Below are positions 13,424-28,031 of a stretch of 64,000 nucleotides of DNA, one piece after another. This DNA is from Eledone cirrhosa (lineage: Eukaryota): contig OZ024752.1 of assembly GCA_964016885.1 (NCBI GenBank), positions 22,568,001 through 22,632,000 on the forward strand, read 5' to 3'. The translations under genes and the position numbers were made by a program. The notes under the pieces were generated by a model. That model was not told the origin of the DNA. It was given only the letters and a program-made list of their open reading frames with translations, and did no database searches. Positions within the stretch are counted from its first letter, which is position 1. Every line of letters begins with the position of its first letter.

Positions 13424-13647
13424 TTTTGCTGTAAAGCACAAATAGCTGTCCACAAAACTCTTTCTCCACCTCCTCCAGCATTACAATAAGGATGGAAAAA
13501 TCCAATAGTGAAAGCATTTGGGAACTTTCTAGCTGATATTCTTTTAATCCAAAATCTAATCAAAAGCAGACCAACTGCAAATCCAACAGGAATAAGTAAG
13601 AACAGTTTTGGATAAATAAATGTTGCTAACAATGCAATGAGAAACAT
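13424..13647 (-). CDS. ALG11: ALG11 first coding exon (start ATG inferred)
   Basis: Hydrophobic N-terminus, then [18 protein letters not shown]; donor AA|gtaagt, phase 2, matches the next exon. The exon acceptor tttcag is at 13697. The three exons total 1434 nt. Confidence 0.9.
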
Positions 13648-14765
13648 TGTTGTTGTTTTCAATGGACTGAAAAATAGACAAAAAATAGCAATTAATCTGA
13701 AATATATTATATACAAATCATCATCATCATCGTTTAACAACTATTTTCCACGCTCATACAGAACTGTTTCTGGCTTGGTTTCTACAGCTGGATGCCCTTC
13801 CTAATGCCAACCATATTTACAGCGTGTGCTGGGTGCTTTTTGTCGTGACACTTACAAGATGACTTTACAGTGTGTGCTGAGAGCTTTTTGTCGTGATACC
13901 TCCACAACCACTTTACAGTGTGGGCTGGGTGCTTTTTGTTGAGAGACCAAGACGATTGTAATTTTGTTGTCAGGGATTTCAAAGTTCCACCAGTGGTGGC
14001 TTATTTAAACTACAAGATGATGACCAGCAAAGGAGCTTAAATATCTTTCCTATTTCAGGAAGGATGGAAATTGTCAAAATGAAAGGAGTTAAGAATTGAG
14101 AAAAATGATGGTAAGAACAAATGGCAGTGATCAATATATAATTTGGGGTGAGTACAGGTAGTTGGAGAGAAGGGGCTAATAAGAGTTACCATAGTTAGAG
14201 AAGAGGTAGTTAAAGGTGAGAAAACCGGGAGGTGGATGTTTGGAAAAGTGCAATAAATTCATATGTTTATAGTAAAATAAAAAAAAAATAAAATAAAATA
14301 CAGCTAATGATGTCAGATGGGAAGTAATGATACAAAAACAATCACACGTGTATATCATCACTATCATGTAATGTCTGCTTCAACTAATTCTGTAGAAAGT
14401 ATGCCAAATATGGAATATATGAGCAAATTGATAGATTTAATTTTATACATGAATATATTAAGACAATTGGTTCTGTTTTATAGAACCAGGTCAGTCTCAG
14501 GTGGCTTAGTAACAAAGGGTTCAACACTTTCATTACCATATTTCTCATAAAAGAATGTTTATGATTATCAAATAATTATAAAAATAATTAAGAATTCAGA
14601 ATGATTTAGTAATATAAATAACTTTCTCGTTATCAAGTTGGAGTTTGGAACGTAACTTAACAAATCTTCTGATGGAATGAGTTTAGATAAATATAAACAG
14701 TTTTGAATTGCAGTACTAGTGGGGTGAAGTCGAGATGGTTTGGTACTAAAAGTGTTGAATATATA

Positions 14766-15000
14766 TAGTAGAACCTCATTTCACAAACATAATTCGTTCC
14801 TGAAGGCCAGTCGTCACCCAAACTATTTTTAACTAACTACACAGCAAGTGACGCCATGCCGCTGATACTCTAAGCTTGTTGCCAACTTGTCTTTGTTACT
14901 TGAGATACCATTCACGAACCGAGACGTTTTACGTTCGGATAAATTGTTTGTGAACTTATTTGTTCATGATGCGAGGTGTTTGTGAACCGACGTTCAACTG
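14766..15000. mobile_element. Tigger/pogo-like MITE
   Basis: Imperfect TIRs tagtagaacctcatttcacaaac / gtttgtgaaccgacgttcaactg, flanked by TA. Confidence 0.6.
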
Positions 15001-15258
15001 TATATGTATGGACGTATATTCATATAAAAATGAAAGTGAAAGAACTTACATGTTAATTACTTCTTGAAATGAGTTGATTTAATATAAATCACATGTGCTG
15101 CCTGGATACAGATTAGGTAGTAGGTACAAAAGACATAGGTATAACAATGGTGCAGAATGTTTTAATGAAGTAAATCATTGCTAAGCTGGCTGGTCAGTAC
15201 TGTGTCACCTGAAATTCAAACAAAAGATCTGCATATTTTCAACATACTGAGCACTAGA

Positions 15259-15420
15259 GGGTGGCGAAATGGCAGAGTTGTTAGAACATCAGATAGAATG
15301 CTTTGTAATATTTGTTTTGGCTCTCTGTTCTCTGAGTTAAAATCCTGCCAAAGTCAACTTTGCCTTTCAACCTTTTAAGGTTGATAAAAAAAAGTACCAG
15401 TCAAGTACTGGGGCCAATTC
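15259..15420 (+). mobile_element. tRNA-derived SINE (gtcaactttgcctttca..gataaa core), diverged copy
   Basis: Same family as 29232, 32457 and 46989, in the opposite orientation. Confidence 0.65.
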
Positions 15421-16386
15421 TTCCTCACTTCCTCTCTCTCTATCCTTCTCTGGAAGAAATTTGCTGTATTCAGACCTGGAGAGTGATGGGGTCCGCCAGG
15501 TTTTAAATGCCCTAGAAATGCTGTATGTTAATACAGTGTCCCTAGGACTCCCTTAGGAGTAATGGGACCATGCATGGAGACTGCACTAAACAGTATACGC
15601 AATTCTGTTTTTGTTAATGTGCATCTTTCTTTTATGTTACTGACTTATAAATGTTGTATAGTTTATATGGCTGTTCTCCATGCCAATGCCCTCGTTATGT
15701 TGTCCATGGGGTAGAGATGGGACATACTACCAAGACTCGGATGAAAAGTCTGTCACTCCCTAAGCCTTTCCCTTACTTTCACTATTTAAATTTTCTTTCT
15801 TCAGTTTTTCCCTTCTTTTTTTTAATATTCAAACATAGATGAATTGTAAATTTCTTTGTTTCTATGAAGCCTTTTAAAATATTTGTTAGGATTCTTTTAG
15901 GCAAGCTAGAAATATAGGAGTAAGAACTAGAGTAAATACAAACAAAACAAAACAACACTATTATCATATACGTCACAATATTTTGGGGTTAGAAGCCCTT
16001 TTTCAAAAGATAGGAAATAGAGTGTGATGGTAAAAGAATAAAACTATTGTTTTGTTTGTATTACCTAACTTTAGTTTTCACTCCTTGCATAGTACCAGCT
16101 TTCCCTAAACAAGTCCAACATTATATATGTTGAATAGACAGAAGAAATGAGACGGTCTTATGTTTCGTGTTTCCCAGATATACAAGAACTTTTCATTCCA
16201 TTCAGTTATTTTCAATCCACTGCTGGATGAAAGTTTCAGCATCTTATTTCAGGTTTATCTATGCTGATTGTAGGCCTGATTGTTAACATTGACTAATTGA
16301 GGATTGAACAGGGTTCGTTCATGGTTGGGTGATTACTTCTGGTCATTGGCACAAGGGAAGGATTTGAACTCAAAATACCATATATA

Positions 16387-16488
16387 CAGGATGTCCTCCA
16401 AAAAATGTATACACACTTTGATTATCTGTACAGGCAATATTTATTAGAATACTGGTGAAGTGTGAATAAATTCTTTGGGGACACCCTG
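16387..16488. mobile_element. Tc1/mariner-type MITE of about 100 bp
   Basis: ta-caggatgtcctccaaa ... tttggggacaccctg-ta; a related end occurs at about 20245. Confidence 0.65.
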
Positions 16489-16494
16489 TATGTA

Positions 16495-16879
16495 CATCAT
16501 CATCATTTTACGTCCGCTTTTCCCTGCTTGTAAGGGTGGGACGGCAACTGATTCTGGCCTGATTTCTACAGCTGGATGCCCTTCCTAATACCAACCTCAT
16601 TTACAGTGAGTGCTGGGTGCTTTTTTTTTCCATGGCGCCTACACATCCACTTTACAGTGTGGGCTGGGTGCTTTTTTGCCGTGGCACCTCCACGACCACT
16701 TTGCAGTGGAATGATAGGGACCCCAGTTCCTATCATCTCATTTCTACAGCTGAGTAAACTGGAGCAATGTGAAATAAAGTGCCTTGCTCAAGGAAACAAC
16801 ACATCACCCGGTCTGAGAATTGAACTCACAAACTTTCGATTGCAAGGCCAATGCTCTAACCACTAAGCCATGTGTCTCC
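16495..16879 (-). mobile_element. tRNA-derived composite SINE with RTE-A 3' tail
   Basis: Near-identical reverse complement of 42254-42590; A/B boxes present; tail shared with RTE family A. Confidence 0.85.
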
Positions 16880-16882
16880 ATA

Positions 16883-16970
<88 letters not shown>

Positions 16971-16974
<4 letters not shown>

Positions 16975-19830
16975 CAGGTGGATGTGTGCTGCGTGCAAGA
17001 GGTGAGATGGAGAGGTGCCTCTGCAAGACTAATCGCAGGCAAACATCTTATTTATAAGCTTTTCTGGGTGGGTAATGATGATGGGTTAGGAAGGGTAGGC
17101 ATTTTACTGGCTAAGAGATGGATCGATAAGACAATAGAGGTAGTTAGAGTCAATAATAGAATAATTAAGATTAGATTAGTTGTAGGCAAGAGACTACTGA
17201 CAATCATCTATACCTATGCTCCCCAGACAGGCCTAGGTAAAGAAGAGAAAGACTGCTTTTACGAGCACCTTTTAGAAACAGCCACAATGACAGAGGACAG
17301 AGACATCGTTATGCTAGAGGGGACTTCAATGGTCATGTTAGACAGCTCCAGGATGGATACACAGGAGTACAGGGTGGGCACGGTTATGGCTCAAGAATGA
17401 GGCTTTTTGAATTTTGTGATGCACTAACCATTTGCAACACTAACTTCAAGAAACCTACCAACCACCTAATAACCTACAAATTAGGTGAGCACATAAGCCA
17501 GATTGATGTCTTGCTAGTTAGGCAGCGAGACAGACAGATGGTGTGAAATACTAAGGCATACCCCGGGGAAGAATGTACACCACAACATAAGTTAGTCGTT
17601 AGTGAGACAAAATGAGACATACAGGAAGGTGTGGAAAAGGAAGGTCTGGAAACTAAAATACCTTTCACTAAAATATAAATTTAGGAAAGCTCTTCAAGAT
17701 GTGTATGACGAGAAAGATGTTTTAGAATCGTATGACATAGATGATAACTGGAATTTCTTATGTGACAGCTTACTGCAGGCTACTGAAGAAACTTGTGGTT
17801 GGTGCAGAGAGTGACCTGGTGGTGGAACAACACAGTAGATAGAACCATTAAAGACAAATGACTAGCATGGAATGCTTGAAAAATGCTGAGAGTAGAGACC
17901 GATACACAGTCACTAAGAGAGAAGCTAGACATCAGGTGGACTTAGCACGCAGGGAGGCTGAGAGTAGGAGGTTTGCCAATGTCCTGCGACGGGAAGATCA
18001 AAGACGTGCGGTGTTCCACACTGCAAGGCAGTGTGTCAGTGTAAATGAGGATGTTGTTGGAGATAAATGTGTCCGGAATGATGCTGGTGTACTTAGTGTC
18101 ACTAATGATCAGAAAAAGGAGGCCTGTAAATGTCATTTTGAGAGGCTGATGAATGTGGAGAATGAATGGGAGAGAGATAAACTACCCCCAGTAGACCCGA
18201 CAGAGGAACCAGCTATAGAGATTGATGAATATAGGGTCCAAGAGGCAATTAAGGAAATAAAAAAGGCAGCTGGACCATCAGGGATAGTTGCTGAGATGTT
18301 GAAGGCATCAGGAGAAGTAGGCACTAAACTGGTTGCACGCATCGTCAATCAAGCTATATATGGTGGTGTCATACCCAAAGACTGGTGCAGCAGTATTCTC
18401 ATAAATTGCTACAAAGGTAAAGGGGATGCTCTGGACAGGAGCAATTATAGAGGCAAAAAAACTGATAGATCAGGTTATGAAAGTGGCAGAAAGGATATTA
18501 GCCCAACTAATTAGAGAAAGGGTCAAACTAGATGAGATGCAGTTTGGTTTTGTGCCTGGGAAAAGTACAACAGATACTCTCTTCTTAGGGAGACAACTAC
18601 AAGAGAGGTTCTTAGTGAAGAATAAGCCACTATACTTAGCTTTTGTTGACCTAGAGAAGGCCTTCGATAGGGTACCCCGATCTGTCATCTGGTGGTCCCT
18701 AAGGAAACTAGGTGTAGAGGAATGGCTTGTGAGGACAGTGCAAACTTTGTACAGAGGTACTCTCAGTAAAGTCAGGGTAGGAATGGAGTTTAGTGAGGAA
18801 TTACAGATACAAGTAGGAGTACATCAAGGTTCAGTCCTCAGCCCGCTCTTGTTCATTATAGTCCTCCAAGCCATAACAGAGGAGTTTAAGAGTGGCTGTC
18901 CATGGGAACTTCTTTATGTTGACGATCTGGTTCTTATAGCAGAATCAGTAGAGGAGCTAGAGAATAAATTCTGGCTATGGAAACAGCAGTTGGAAGCAAG
19001 AGCACTGAGAGTGAACCGAGTTGATAAGTAGGGATATGGCCATGTTTGATATGTAGAAAAGGAACTGGCATAAATTCTATAAAATGTACGCAATGCAGAT
19101 TTTGGTTACACAAGAGATGTAGTGGGATAACAGGCAAACTAACAGGTTGGAAAAAATACGTATGCAGTAGATGTACAGGGAAATTTGACAGTAGAAGTCG
19201 CAGTGTAGACACATTTTTCAAATGCAGGTAGGTTCTATAGAAGTGCTTGATAGCTTCCGGTACCTAGGTGATCAGATTAGTATGGGAGGGGGGGGGGGGG
19301 GTTCTGCGGCTATGGTATCTAGAATAAGGACGGGTTGGAAGAAGTTTAGGGAGTGTACGAAGGGCCGGTTATATGATGCCTGTGTGAGGAACGCGATGCT
19401 GCATGGTAGTGAGACATGGGCAGCAACTGCAGAGGATATGCGACGGCTGGAGAGAAATGAAGCAAGCATGCTCCGTTGGATGTGTAATGTCAATGTATGT
19501 GAACGACCAAGCATGGATGAGTTGAGAGAGAAACTGTGTATAAGAGGAATAAGTTGTATGTGCGGGAGAGAAGACTGAGATAGTATGGACTTGTGATGCA
19601 CATGGAGGATGACCGCTGGGTAAAGAGGTACCAGGAAATCCCAGTAGAAGGAAGACGCAGTAGAGGAATACCACGAAAAACATGGGCGGAGGTGGTGAGA
19701 GCTGACCTCAGATAGCTGAAGCTCACGGAGGAGATGATGAAGGACCATGACAAGTGGAGAGATGCTGTGCTGAATAGGACGCGTCCAACCCTTGCAAGCA
19801 GGGAAAAGCGGACGTAAAATGATGATGATA
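16971..19830 (+). mobile_element. RTE LINE family A, near full-length, decayed (APE endonuclease plus RT)
   Basis: VDVCCVQEVRW and YAPQTG endonuclease motifs, RT motifs, PHD-like finger, (GAT)n tail; many frameshifts; starts at a (GA)n tract. Confidence 0.93.
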
Positions 19831-21065
19831 TAAAATAAGAAGTGTAGTGTGCCAGTATTTGAAGAGGAGGATAAAGTTATATTTGTATATATACAGAGTG
19901 GGTAACAAAGACTGTGCCAATGTGTAAATAAATATACACATTTTAAAAATATGAATTTCCCTGTAAATTGAAAAAAAAACAACCACCAAAAAACACTTGA
20001 TTAATTTTTAGACCCAGTTGGGTGTTCATCAGGAGTCAGCTAAACAACCACAAGGAAACATTTGATGGACCGATATACCCATTCACTCATAGTATTCTGA
20101 AATGAACGTACTAATTCGCATTCGCGTTGGTAGTTCAAACATATTTTAAGAAGTGTGCCAGCTGCTGAAGTGTATAATAAAGTGATATCTGGCTGGAACA
20201 TGTAATAGAGTAAATACATATATACATACACACGTTCATATATGCAGGGTGTCCCCCCAAAATGTATACACACTTTCATTACCTGTACAGATCGTGTACC
20301 CGACTTGTAAACAATAATAATCTTAGATCGAGCAAGTCGCCAGTCTAATGGCTGAAGCCAGTAAAAGAAAAGAATAAAGAAATATCTGACTCGGATTAAA
20401 GCAATAATTTCATCAAATCATATTTACAACTAGTCTCTAAATATTTGAGTCGGTAAATCACTGTATATCTACCAGGACGATTAACAGGAGATTTATGAAA
20501 CCATCATTAAGAAGGGAAGTAAATCTTGAAACATACAGAAGATATGCACGAATTAATTCCCTTTGACCGTTACACGGTTTAAAATGAGCATCGCAACGAA
20601 CGACGAAGTTTATTAGATCGTTCGACCAGTTAAAAATATATTGAGAAAGAAATAATAAAACCAACCTAAGAACCACCAATATGTTCGCCTTAATCACACC
20701 CACACCATTATAATAAGACACTACTTATGAAAAAACAACAAAACGAAGAAAGGGTAAACTAAAAACGTAACTGTACAAGCAAACGAGTTACTTTAATGTG
20801 CGTAACGGTAGCTCTTTATTTAAATGGGGGCAATGAATCTGGAAAAAATACAGGGTGGTCACAGCTGGAATGCCTTTGATCAGATGACTCGACAATTATT
20901 TTAACATACAGTTGATTTAAATTGCATGAAAATACGATTAAATTGCTATATTGGATTTAATTAAAAAAAAATACATGTGATTTTATTCTTCAGTTTTTCA
21001 AATCACTAGTGTGACTTGGAAGTGATTTTACTGCTGTTTCTAGCCCGTCGAATGACTATGTAGAG

Positions 21066-21361
21066 CAGTGGTTTTTATTCTTTTTCTATCGTGGCACCCC
21101 TTAAAATTCCATCCCGTACCCCTAGGCCTAGCACATAAAACAAAAGAACTTGAATTTTCTGGTCAAATTATCAGCTACTTAGCTGCTACTATTGAATTAA
21201 TTAACTACTATGATTAATAATACAATCTTTTGAAAATAACAGAAAAAAACAACCAAAATATATTAATCTTTAATGTAACTTTTGTTCTTGCTTCTTTGCA
21301 ACCCCAAGACCTGAAAATCGCACCCCTTGGAGGTGCCGGCACCCCAGGTTAAGAACCAATG
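21066..21361. mobile_element. hAT (Charlie-like) MITE
   Basis: cagtggtttttatt ... ggttaagaaccaatg; possible 8-bp TSD atgtagag/atgtagaa. Confidence 0.55.
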
Positions 21362-23207
21362 TAGAAGCTCCCTTGTCGGCTAGCTAGAACGAAACAAGAA
21401 CTTAATTATTTAGCAGGCCTTGACTCGAATCAATATTTCCTGAATTTCGGAGCCAGCTGGATTTCCAGGGTCAGTGGAAGAAGCTAGGCGCACTTACGTT
21501 TTGCCACTAGGCAGGTGTCGCATTTGGGATGCAACAGTTAGCAACCTTTTAGCTCCTTTCCCACATTGTAGATGCTGCAGTGAAGGTGAATGTCACAGCA
21601 CCCGTAGCCGAACGAAATGAAATTCTAAAATACCAGGAATTATCGACAAACTATTTATTTTTCAGCTTTGTCATTGTTGGCGGCTCGCTTTACCGTTGAA
21701 TCAGTAAAGGTGCTTGATTATTCCAATGTTTAGACTAGCTATGACACGTAGTAATACTGCGAGTGTGTTGGCTTGCATAAAAAATGTTTTAAGGGAAACT
21801 TCAGCTCCACTTGTGACATGTGATTGAGTGTGCAGATCTCCCCCACCTTTCTTTTCTTTTTAACACACCGTTTGCTTGTTAAATAAAATTATATACCCAT
21901 ATAAGTTTTAAACGTTTTACAATAGTTAATTTCGTCAAATGCTGCACTGATCGAATGTTTTCCCTACATTTGAGGACTGGTGAAATTAGTATCTGTAATA
22001 TATTCCATTGACTATATCCCTCCAATACTAATATTTATCTCGTGTCTTAACTGAGGAGGAGCCATATATCTATGACGATATATGTTGTTGTTCAGCTTCA
22101 CGGTTAGATGATATGATGATTTGGTACAATCCAGAATTATTGTTCTAGTGTCAACACCTTCAGCATTACATCTAGTCAGTGTTAAAATACTTTAATAGTC
22201 ACCAAACTTCTCCTTATTCTGTGAATAAACAAACCTTATTGTTCTAGTTATATACCATACCTCAACTGCCATTGCATATTCCAACATAGTGGTTGATTCA
22301 TCATTCGAGGTGATATGTGGCAGTCAGGCTAGACAGCGTGTACTTTCTCTACGGCTCGATCCACTACTGAACTATATATATATATTATTTGTACGTACGT
22401 GCTGTATATATTTGTCTTAAAAAACAAATGAAAACTAGATACCGTGTCTGCAGCAAATGAAATCTGATACAGCACGGCTGTTATAATTTTGTCAAAGTCG
22501 TGATGAATGAAACAACGATAAAAATGAGCGTTGAATTGACGACACCGGAATATGTCAGCAATTGCTTTGGTACCAAATAAATGCTGTTAAAACTCCGAAA
22601 GCCTCTATAACCTAATCTACACAGCCAAAAATGCCATACAGCATCAGTGTAAACCAACGCGTAAATGAAAAAACCCTTATTCCCAAAGAAAAGAAATAAT
22701 AAAAACTTACATGTTTATTGTGAGACAACAGTAATCGAACAGAGGCTCGTTGTTTATCCTCAAAGTATGGAAGGCGAGAAGCATCATCAATAAGTACTTA
22801 TATACTGCATATTGATTATTTCAATTCCAATTACTTGCGCCAAGCTAACTTTGATACTGGTGGGGTTTGCTGTATTCTATTTTTTTTTTGTGTATGAGCT
22901 CCACCAAACCTGAAGTGGCTCAAGCCCCCAAGGTCTAAATCCAACCTGCTTCCAGCCGTGACCCTCATGTATCTACTTTTTTTTCTAGGCAGTGGAATGG
23001 ACTAAATAATGTGTCCTTTCTTTTTCAAGAACTAGTGTATCAGCAAAACCAGTTATGTTCTTGTCACCCTCCCAGGTTTTTTTCTCTCCCCGGTGTTTGA
23101 TGATTTCCAGAAGAAATGGTTTCCAAACTCTTCACAACATATGGAATTAACACAGAACTGATTGTCACTCACTCCGATCTCATTCTCTCACCAACAATGT
23201 TGTAAAT

Positions 23208-23550
23208 GCATCATCACCATCACCATCACCACCACCATCACCATCACCACCACCACCATCACCACCACCACCACCATCACCATCATCATCACCATCATCC
23301 TCACCACCACCACCACCACCATCATCACCACCACCATCACCACCACCACCACCATCACCACCATCACCATCATCATCACCACCACCATCACCACCATCAT
23401 CATCACCACCACCATCACCACCACCATCATCATCACCACCATCACCACCACCACTACCATCACCACCACCATCACCATTCACACCATCATCATCATCATT
23501 CACATCATCACCACCATCACCATCACCACCATCATCATCATCATCATCAT
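23208..23550. repeat. (CAC/CAT)n trinucleotide repeat
   Basis: Seen directly; it explains the poly-His, poly-Thr and Gly/Asp ORFs. Confidence 0.97.
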
Positions 23551-23595
23551 GCTCCTCCTCCACTTCTTCTTTATGTGTGTGCATATATATATATA

Positions 23596-25507
23596 TAGTG
23601 GCGTAGCTAGGGTGTGGCAAGCAGGGCACATGCCACGGGCGCCATATTTAGGGGGGCGCAATTTCGACCTAGATCGATTTACATCGTTTTTATCATTTTT
23701 AAAAATATAAGCCAAAAATGAAGCATGTGATTTCTTGATAGCCGACTTCCACGCCATGTCTAGTGCACTAGACAGAGCAGATGTCTGATTTGACTTCCCC
23801 CCCCCCCCACTGACAGCAGGGTGGGTTGCAATTATGCGGGCGCTATTTTTAGCTATACATTGCAAAACAGCGGATACCTCACTTGACCTCACAATCCCCC
23901 CCCCCCCCCCACATACACACTGACTGAAGGAACGTAGTTTTGGACGTGCAACTGGTGGACACGCAGGCGCTATTTTTATCATTGCATTGCAATGACCAAT
24001 ACAAGATAATTATAATTATGAAGCTAGTTTACAAAACAGAGTAGTTTGTTTTTTACAACTGGTACATAAGACGTATAGAAAAGGTATCACAATCCAAATG
24101 GCCAGATAGGATCGGATAGCTTCTATTAGGAATTCAATTTGACTCCAGTTTAGATGGTTCAATGTTTTCTTCTATAATACAGTTCGTCAGAATTTACTAA
24201 ATCGTATCAAAAATGCAAGATACTATGGTCTGCTGATTGACTCGACCCCTGACCAGGCGCACCGAGAACAACTGTCAAAAGTTGTGCGATATGTCGATGT
24301 TGATTTCAATATGAAGACGGTCGTTGCGAGGGAATCTTTTCTTGGATTCATTCAAGTAATTAAAAAATATGCTGCATGCCTTGTTGAAACAACCGTGAAA
24401 GAGCTAGAAAAAGATGACCTACCACTGCAGAACTCTCGATCGCAGAGCTACGACAATGCTGCCCTAATGGCTGGGCACCGCAGTGGGGTTCAGCAGAGAA
24501 TGAGAGAGAAGAATAATTTGATTCACTTCGTTAATTGCGATAACCATTCACTTAATCTGGCTGGTCTTCATGCAGCCAAAAACGATTCTGCTATGATGAA
24601 CTTTTTCAGTTGCATTGACTCGTTATACAACTTTTTTTCTCGTTCAACACGACGATGGGAAGCCCTTAAAGAAGTTGCTCCAGTGGTTGTTAAATATCTT
24701 TCCGACACGCGGTGGAGTGCTAGATGTACCGCAGTCAGACCGGTGGCGAATTATTTGACGCTGATTGTTCAAGTACTCGAAAAAATTAGTGATGATGAAA
24801 CAGAGACATGCGAGAGTAGAAGAGATGCCAGTAATCTCCATAATCGGATACTGAGTTATGAATTCCTGAACTTGATTAGATTCTAGAACACGATTCTCTC
24901 ACGAATTGACCGGGTTCGAAAGAGACTTCAAGATCCAAGAATGAATTTTCACGATGCTGCAGCTGATATAGGAGCCCTTCAACTTTATTTTAAAGAAGAA
25001 GGAACATCCTTAATCCACGAGTCTCTTGAAATGGGCTTCGACCTCTGCCAGAAATGGAATATCGATTTTCCGAGGAGGCGAGGAAGACGACAAACCAATA
25101 CCGAAATTACTGAGGACGTCGAGGTGGCTGCCAGAAAAGAGATAGAGAGAGCAATGCAAAGTTCACTCAATCGTCTTCAAACAGAAATGGAAGAACGGTT
25201 TATTCGACTTAAGGAAACCGACTCAAGTTTTGGCTTTCTTCTTGATGTCAACTATCTGTTTTATTTGGCTGCTCCTGATAACCTTGTCCTTAAACAAAGG
25301 TGCAACAGTCTTGTGGAACTATACAACTCCGACATCGACGGAGAGCAATTGTATGAGGAAATCTTGGACTGCCGATCTTTGCTGGCTACTAGGACAGCTG
25401 ACCCAATTTTAAAGCCGGAGGCACTTCTCCAATTCATCATACAATACGGCGATGAATGTGTTTTTTTATGCTTGCCCTGGGCGCCGTTTACTCTAGCTGC
25501 GCCACTG
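23596..25507 (+). mobile_element. hAT DNA transposon, internally deleted
   Basis: TIRs tagtggcgtagctaggg / ctctagctgcgccactg within a TA tract; transposase motifs IDSTPD..EQ, SYDNAA.MAG, CDNHSLNL, DTRW; one in-frame stop; the C-terminal ERSFS region is missing. Confidence 0.88.
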
Positions 25508-26544
25508 TATATATATATACCATAACTCATACACTGTCCACTTCCTGACATTTATACATTATTCTATGTACTATACATGCACCTTTGATGAGTTGTGGTG
25601 CACCTGAGCACTGTACACAATAATTTCATTATAATTATTATATATAATTCAGCGTTAGTTTGATGCAGAATGTGATTAATGAGCAATTGGATGGTGAGCT
25701 TCACAACTTGGCCAATAAGACGACTGAAAGACAGCTGCAACTTGCTTAGAATTGTTTCTGACACCCAGTGTTTCCTGTCAGCTTAGATATACCATCAGTT
25801 GAGAATCTACCCATGAGATGATGAATTTTGAGTGCTGAGCATCCGTGAGGAATTTTACAGGCGGAACAAGACAGCTTTTGGGACCTAGAGATGGCGTGAG
25901 AAACCTCTTTCAAAATTTAAGGGGTGGACTGGACAGGTTGCCAGGCTGCCCAATGGCAAGTGGGCCCCAGGGGAACCATGGTAGGACTGCATCAGCCCAC
26001 GGTAGTATTTTAGGGGCCGATGCTTTGCTATCAAAAAATATCTTTAAAAAAATGTCTTAGAGAAAGAATAAACATTTTAAAAAAATGAATAAACAAATAA
26101 GCAAAGCATTTGGTCAAACAATTCCCTAGGGAATTAACAGAAACCAAAATATATTTTAGTGCTAACAGTTAGATACATTGGCTGTCTAGCTTACTGTATT
26201 GATTTATGCATGCATACATACATGGACACACACATATATCATCATCATCATCATCATCATCGTTTAATGTCCGTCTTCCACGCTAGCATGGATTGGACAG
26301 GTTTGTCCCATTTGAGGCAAGATTGGTCGGGTGACCGTGTCTCGTTCGTACAGAACTGTTTCTAGCAGGTTTTCTACGGCTGGATGCCCTCCCTAACACC
26401 AACCACATTTACAGTGTGGACTGAGAGCCTTTTTGCCGTATCTCCTACATGATCACTTTACAGTGGATGGAAGTGGGAGGATGGAGTAGGGTGTGTGGAG
26501 TGGAGTGTATATTGGGTTAAGAGGTGCCTAACTGATTGTTATTT

Positions 26545-27065
26545 CATCATCATCAACATCACTGTTTTACGTCCATTTTTCCACGCTAGCAGGGGTTAGA
26601 CGGGTTATCCTGTTGTGGGCAGTGCCAGGTCGGGTGACCTTGTCTTGCTCATACGAGAACAGATTCTGGCTTGATTTCTACAGCTGGATGCCCTTTCTAA
26701 TACCAGCCTTTTTTACAGTGAGTGCTGGGTGCTTTTTTTCGGTGGCGCCTACACGTCCACTTTACAGTGTGGGCTGGGTGCTATTTTGCCGTGGCACCTC
26801 CACGACCACTTTGCAGTGTGAGGGGGTGGGGCATATTGTCTATATGCTACAGCTTCTGCTTGTGCTCGTGGGAAGTCAGATCTTCTGTATTACTGCGTGA
26901 CGCCAGAGGTCACTGTCCCATGTCATCGCCTTTGAGAGGTGTAATTGGGTAAGGTCGGCTTTTATCACCTCATCCCAGGTCTTCTTGGGTTTTTCCACTC
27001 CAAGGCTTCCATCAACTTCTAGTGTTCTGCACCTTTTTATGCGGCTGTCATCATTCATACGCATT
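26545..27065 (-). mobile_element. RTE LINE 3' fragment
   Basis: ORF end MRMNDDSRIKRC..KPKKTWDEVIKADL, plus the 3' UTR module and (GAT)n tail. Confidence 0.8.
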
Positions 27066-28031
27066 TATATATATACTTACACATACACACGAGCTGCTGG
27101 CCAAATAAGTTTTTATATCAATGGGTTAAAGACATGTAAAATCAATTAGTGGTCAGTTCTTCAGTCTAAAGTCCCTAGGGAGAATGAGTCGCCAAATAAT
27201 GTTTGTACAAGTTGAAAACATGTATGTGTACTTATATATAAATCTATATATACACATGTACATATACACACATACACACTCCCAGATATATATTGAGTGA
27301 GTGTGAAAGACCAAAGGTCATTATTGAAAGTCTCTGGATGTGTATATTTCACAGGGTACTTTATATATTTATATTGGAGAAGGTAACAACGATCGCCTGC
27401 ACACTCTACTCTAAATAACAGTAAACTATATATTCACAATTATTTAAAAATTCAATTATAACATTCTGTATTAACATTTAGTATTACTGTATACTGCCAG
27501 TTATATGTACAGTACACATACACAATAATTAGTAAAAAATACACATTTCTTTCCTCCAAAAATTTGTTTGCATTGTTTTGTTTTCACTTAGGTATTTTTT
27601 GAAAATGTTATTTATTCATTATAAAAATTAAATGATAGCATTCTATATGTGGGTGGGCCCCCTTTTTCTTTTGGCAACCAATATTTTTAGACCTAGTCCA
27701 CCACTGGGTCTGAGTGGTTTTAGGAAGTGGCTCTGTATAGATAGCATCAAGTAATATTCCACACCAACATTTTCTTTCTTGTTTTTATTCTTCTTCTTAA
27801 TTATTTCAAATAACTTGTTTCTATTGTCCTAGTTATTAAAACGTTACATCGACCACTGATTGGTTGAATCTCATAGACTCTGTAACATGTCGTCTGCTCA
27901 AGTTTTCAAGTCCATAGAACTCGTCTAAGGAGAGCAAAATCGTTCGCAAAGAATGTTTCTTCTTCTTTTTCTTCTCCTGTTTCTCAAAAAGAATCAAGTG
28001 TTTTCCTTGACATTCAGCACACTTAAAAAAC

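Noticed and set aside
20000-20040. Hammerhead on the minus strand (ctgatga..accc aact gggt)
   Set aside because: The GAAA core is absent (ctaaa) and stem I is unconvincing.
23162-23710. Poly-His, Thr-rich and Gly/Asp-rich proteins
   Set aside because: These are translations of a (CAC/CAT)n repeat open in several frames. The same applies to 44855-45264 and to the (TA/TG)n ORFs at 59890-60628.
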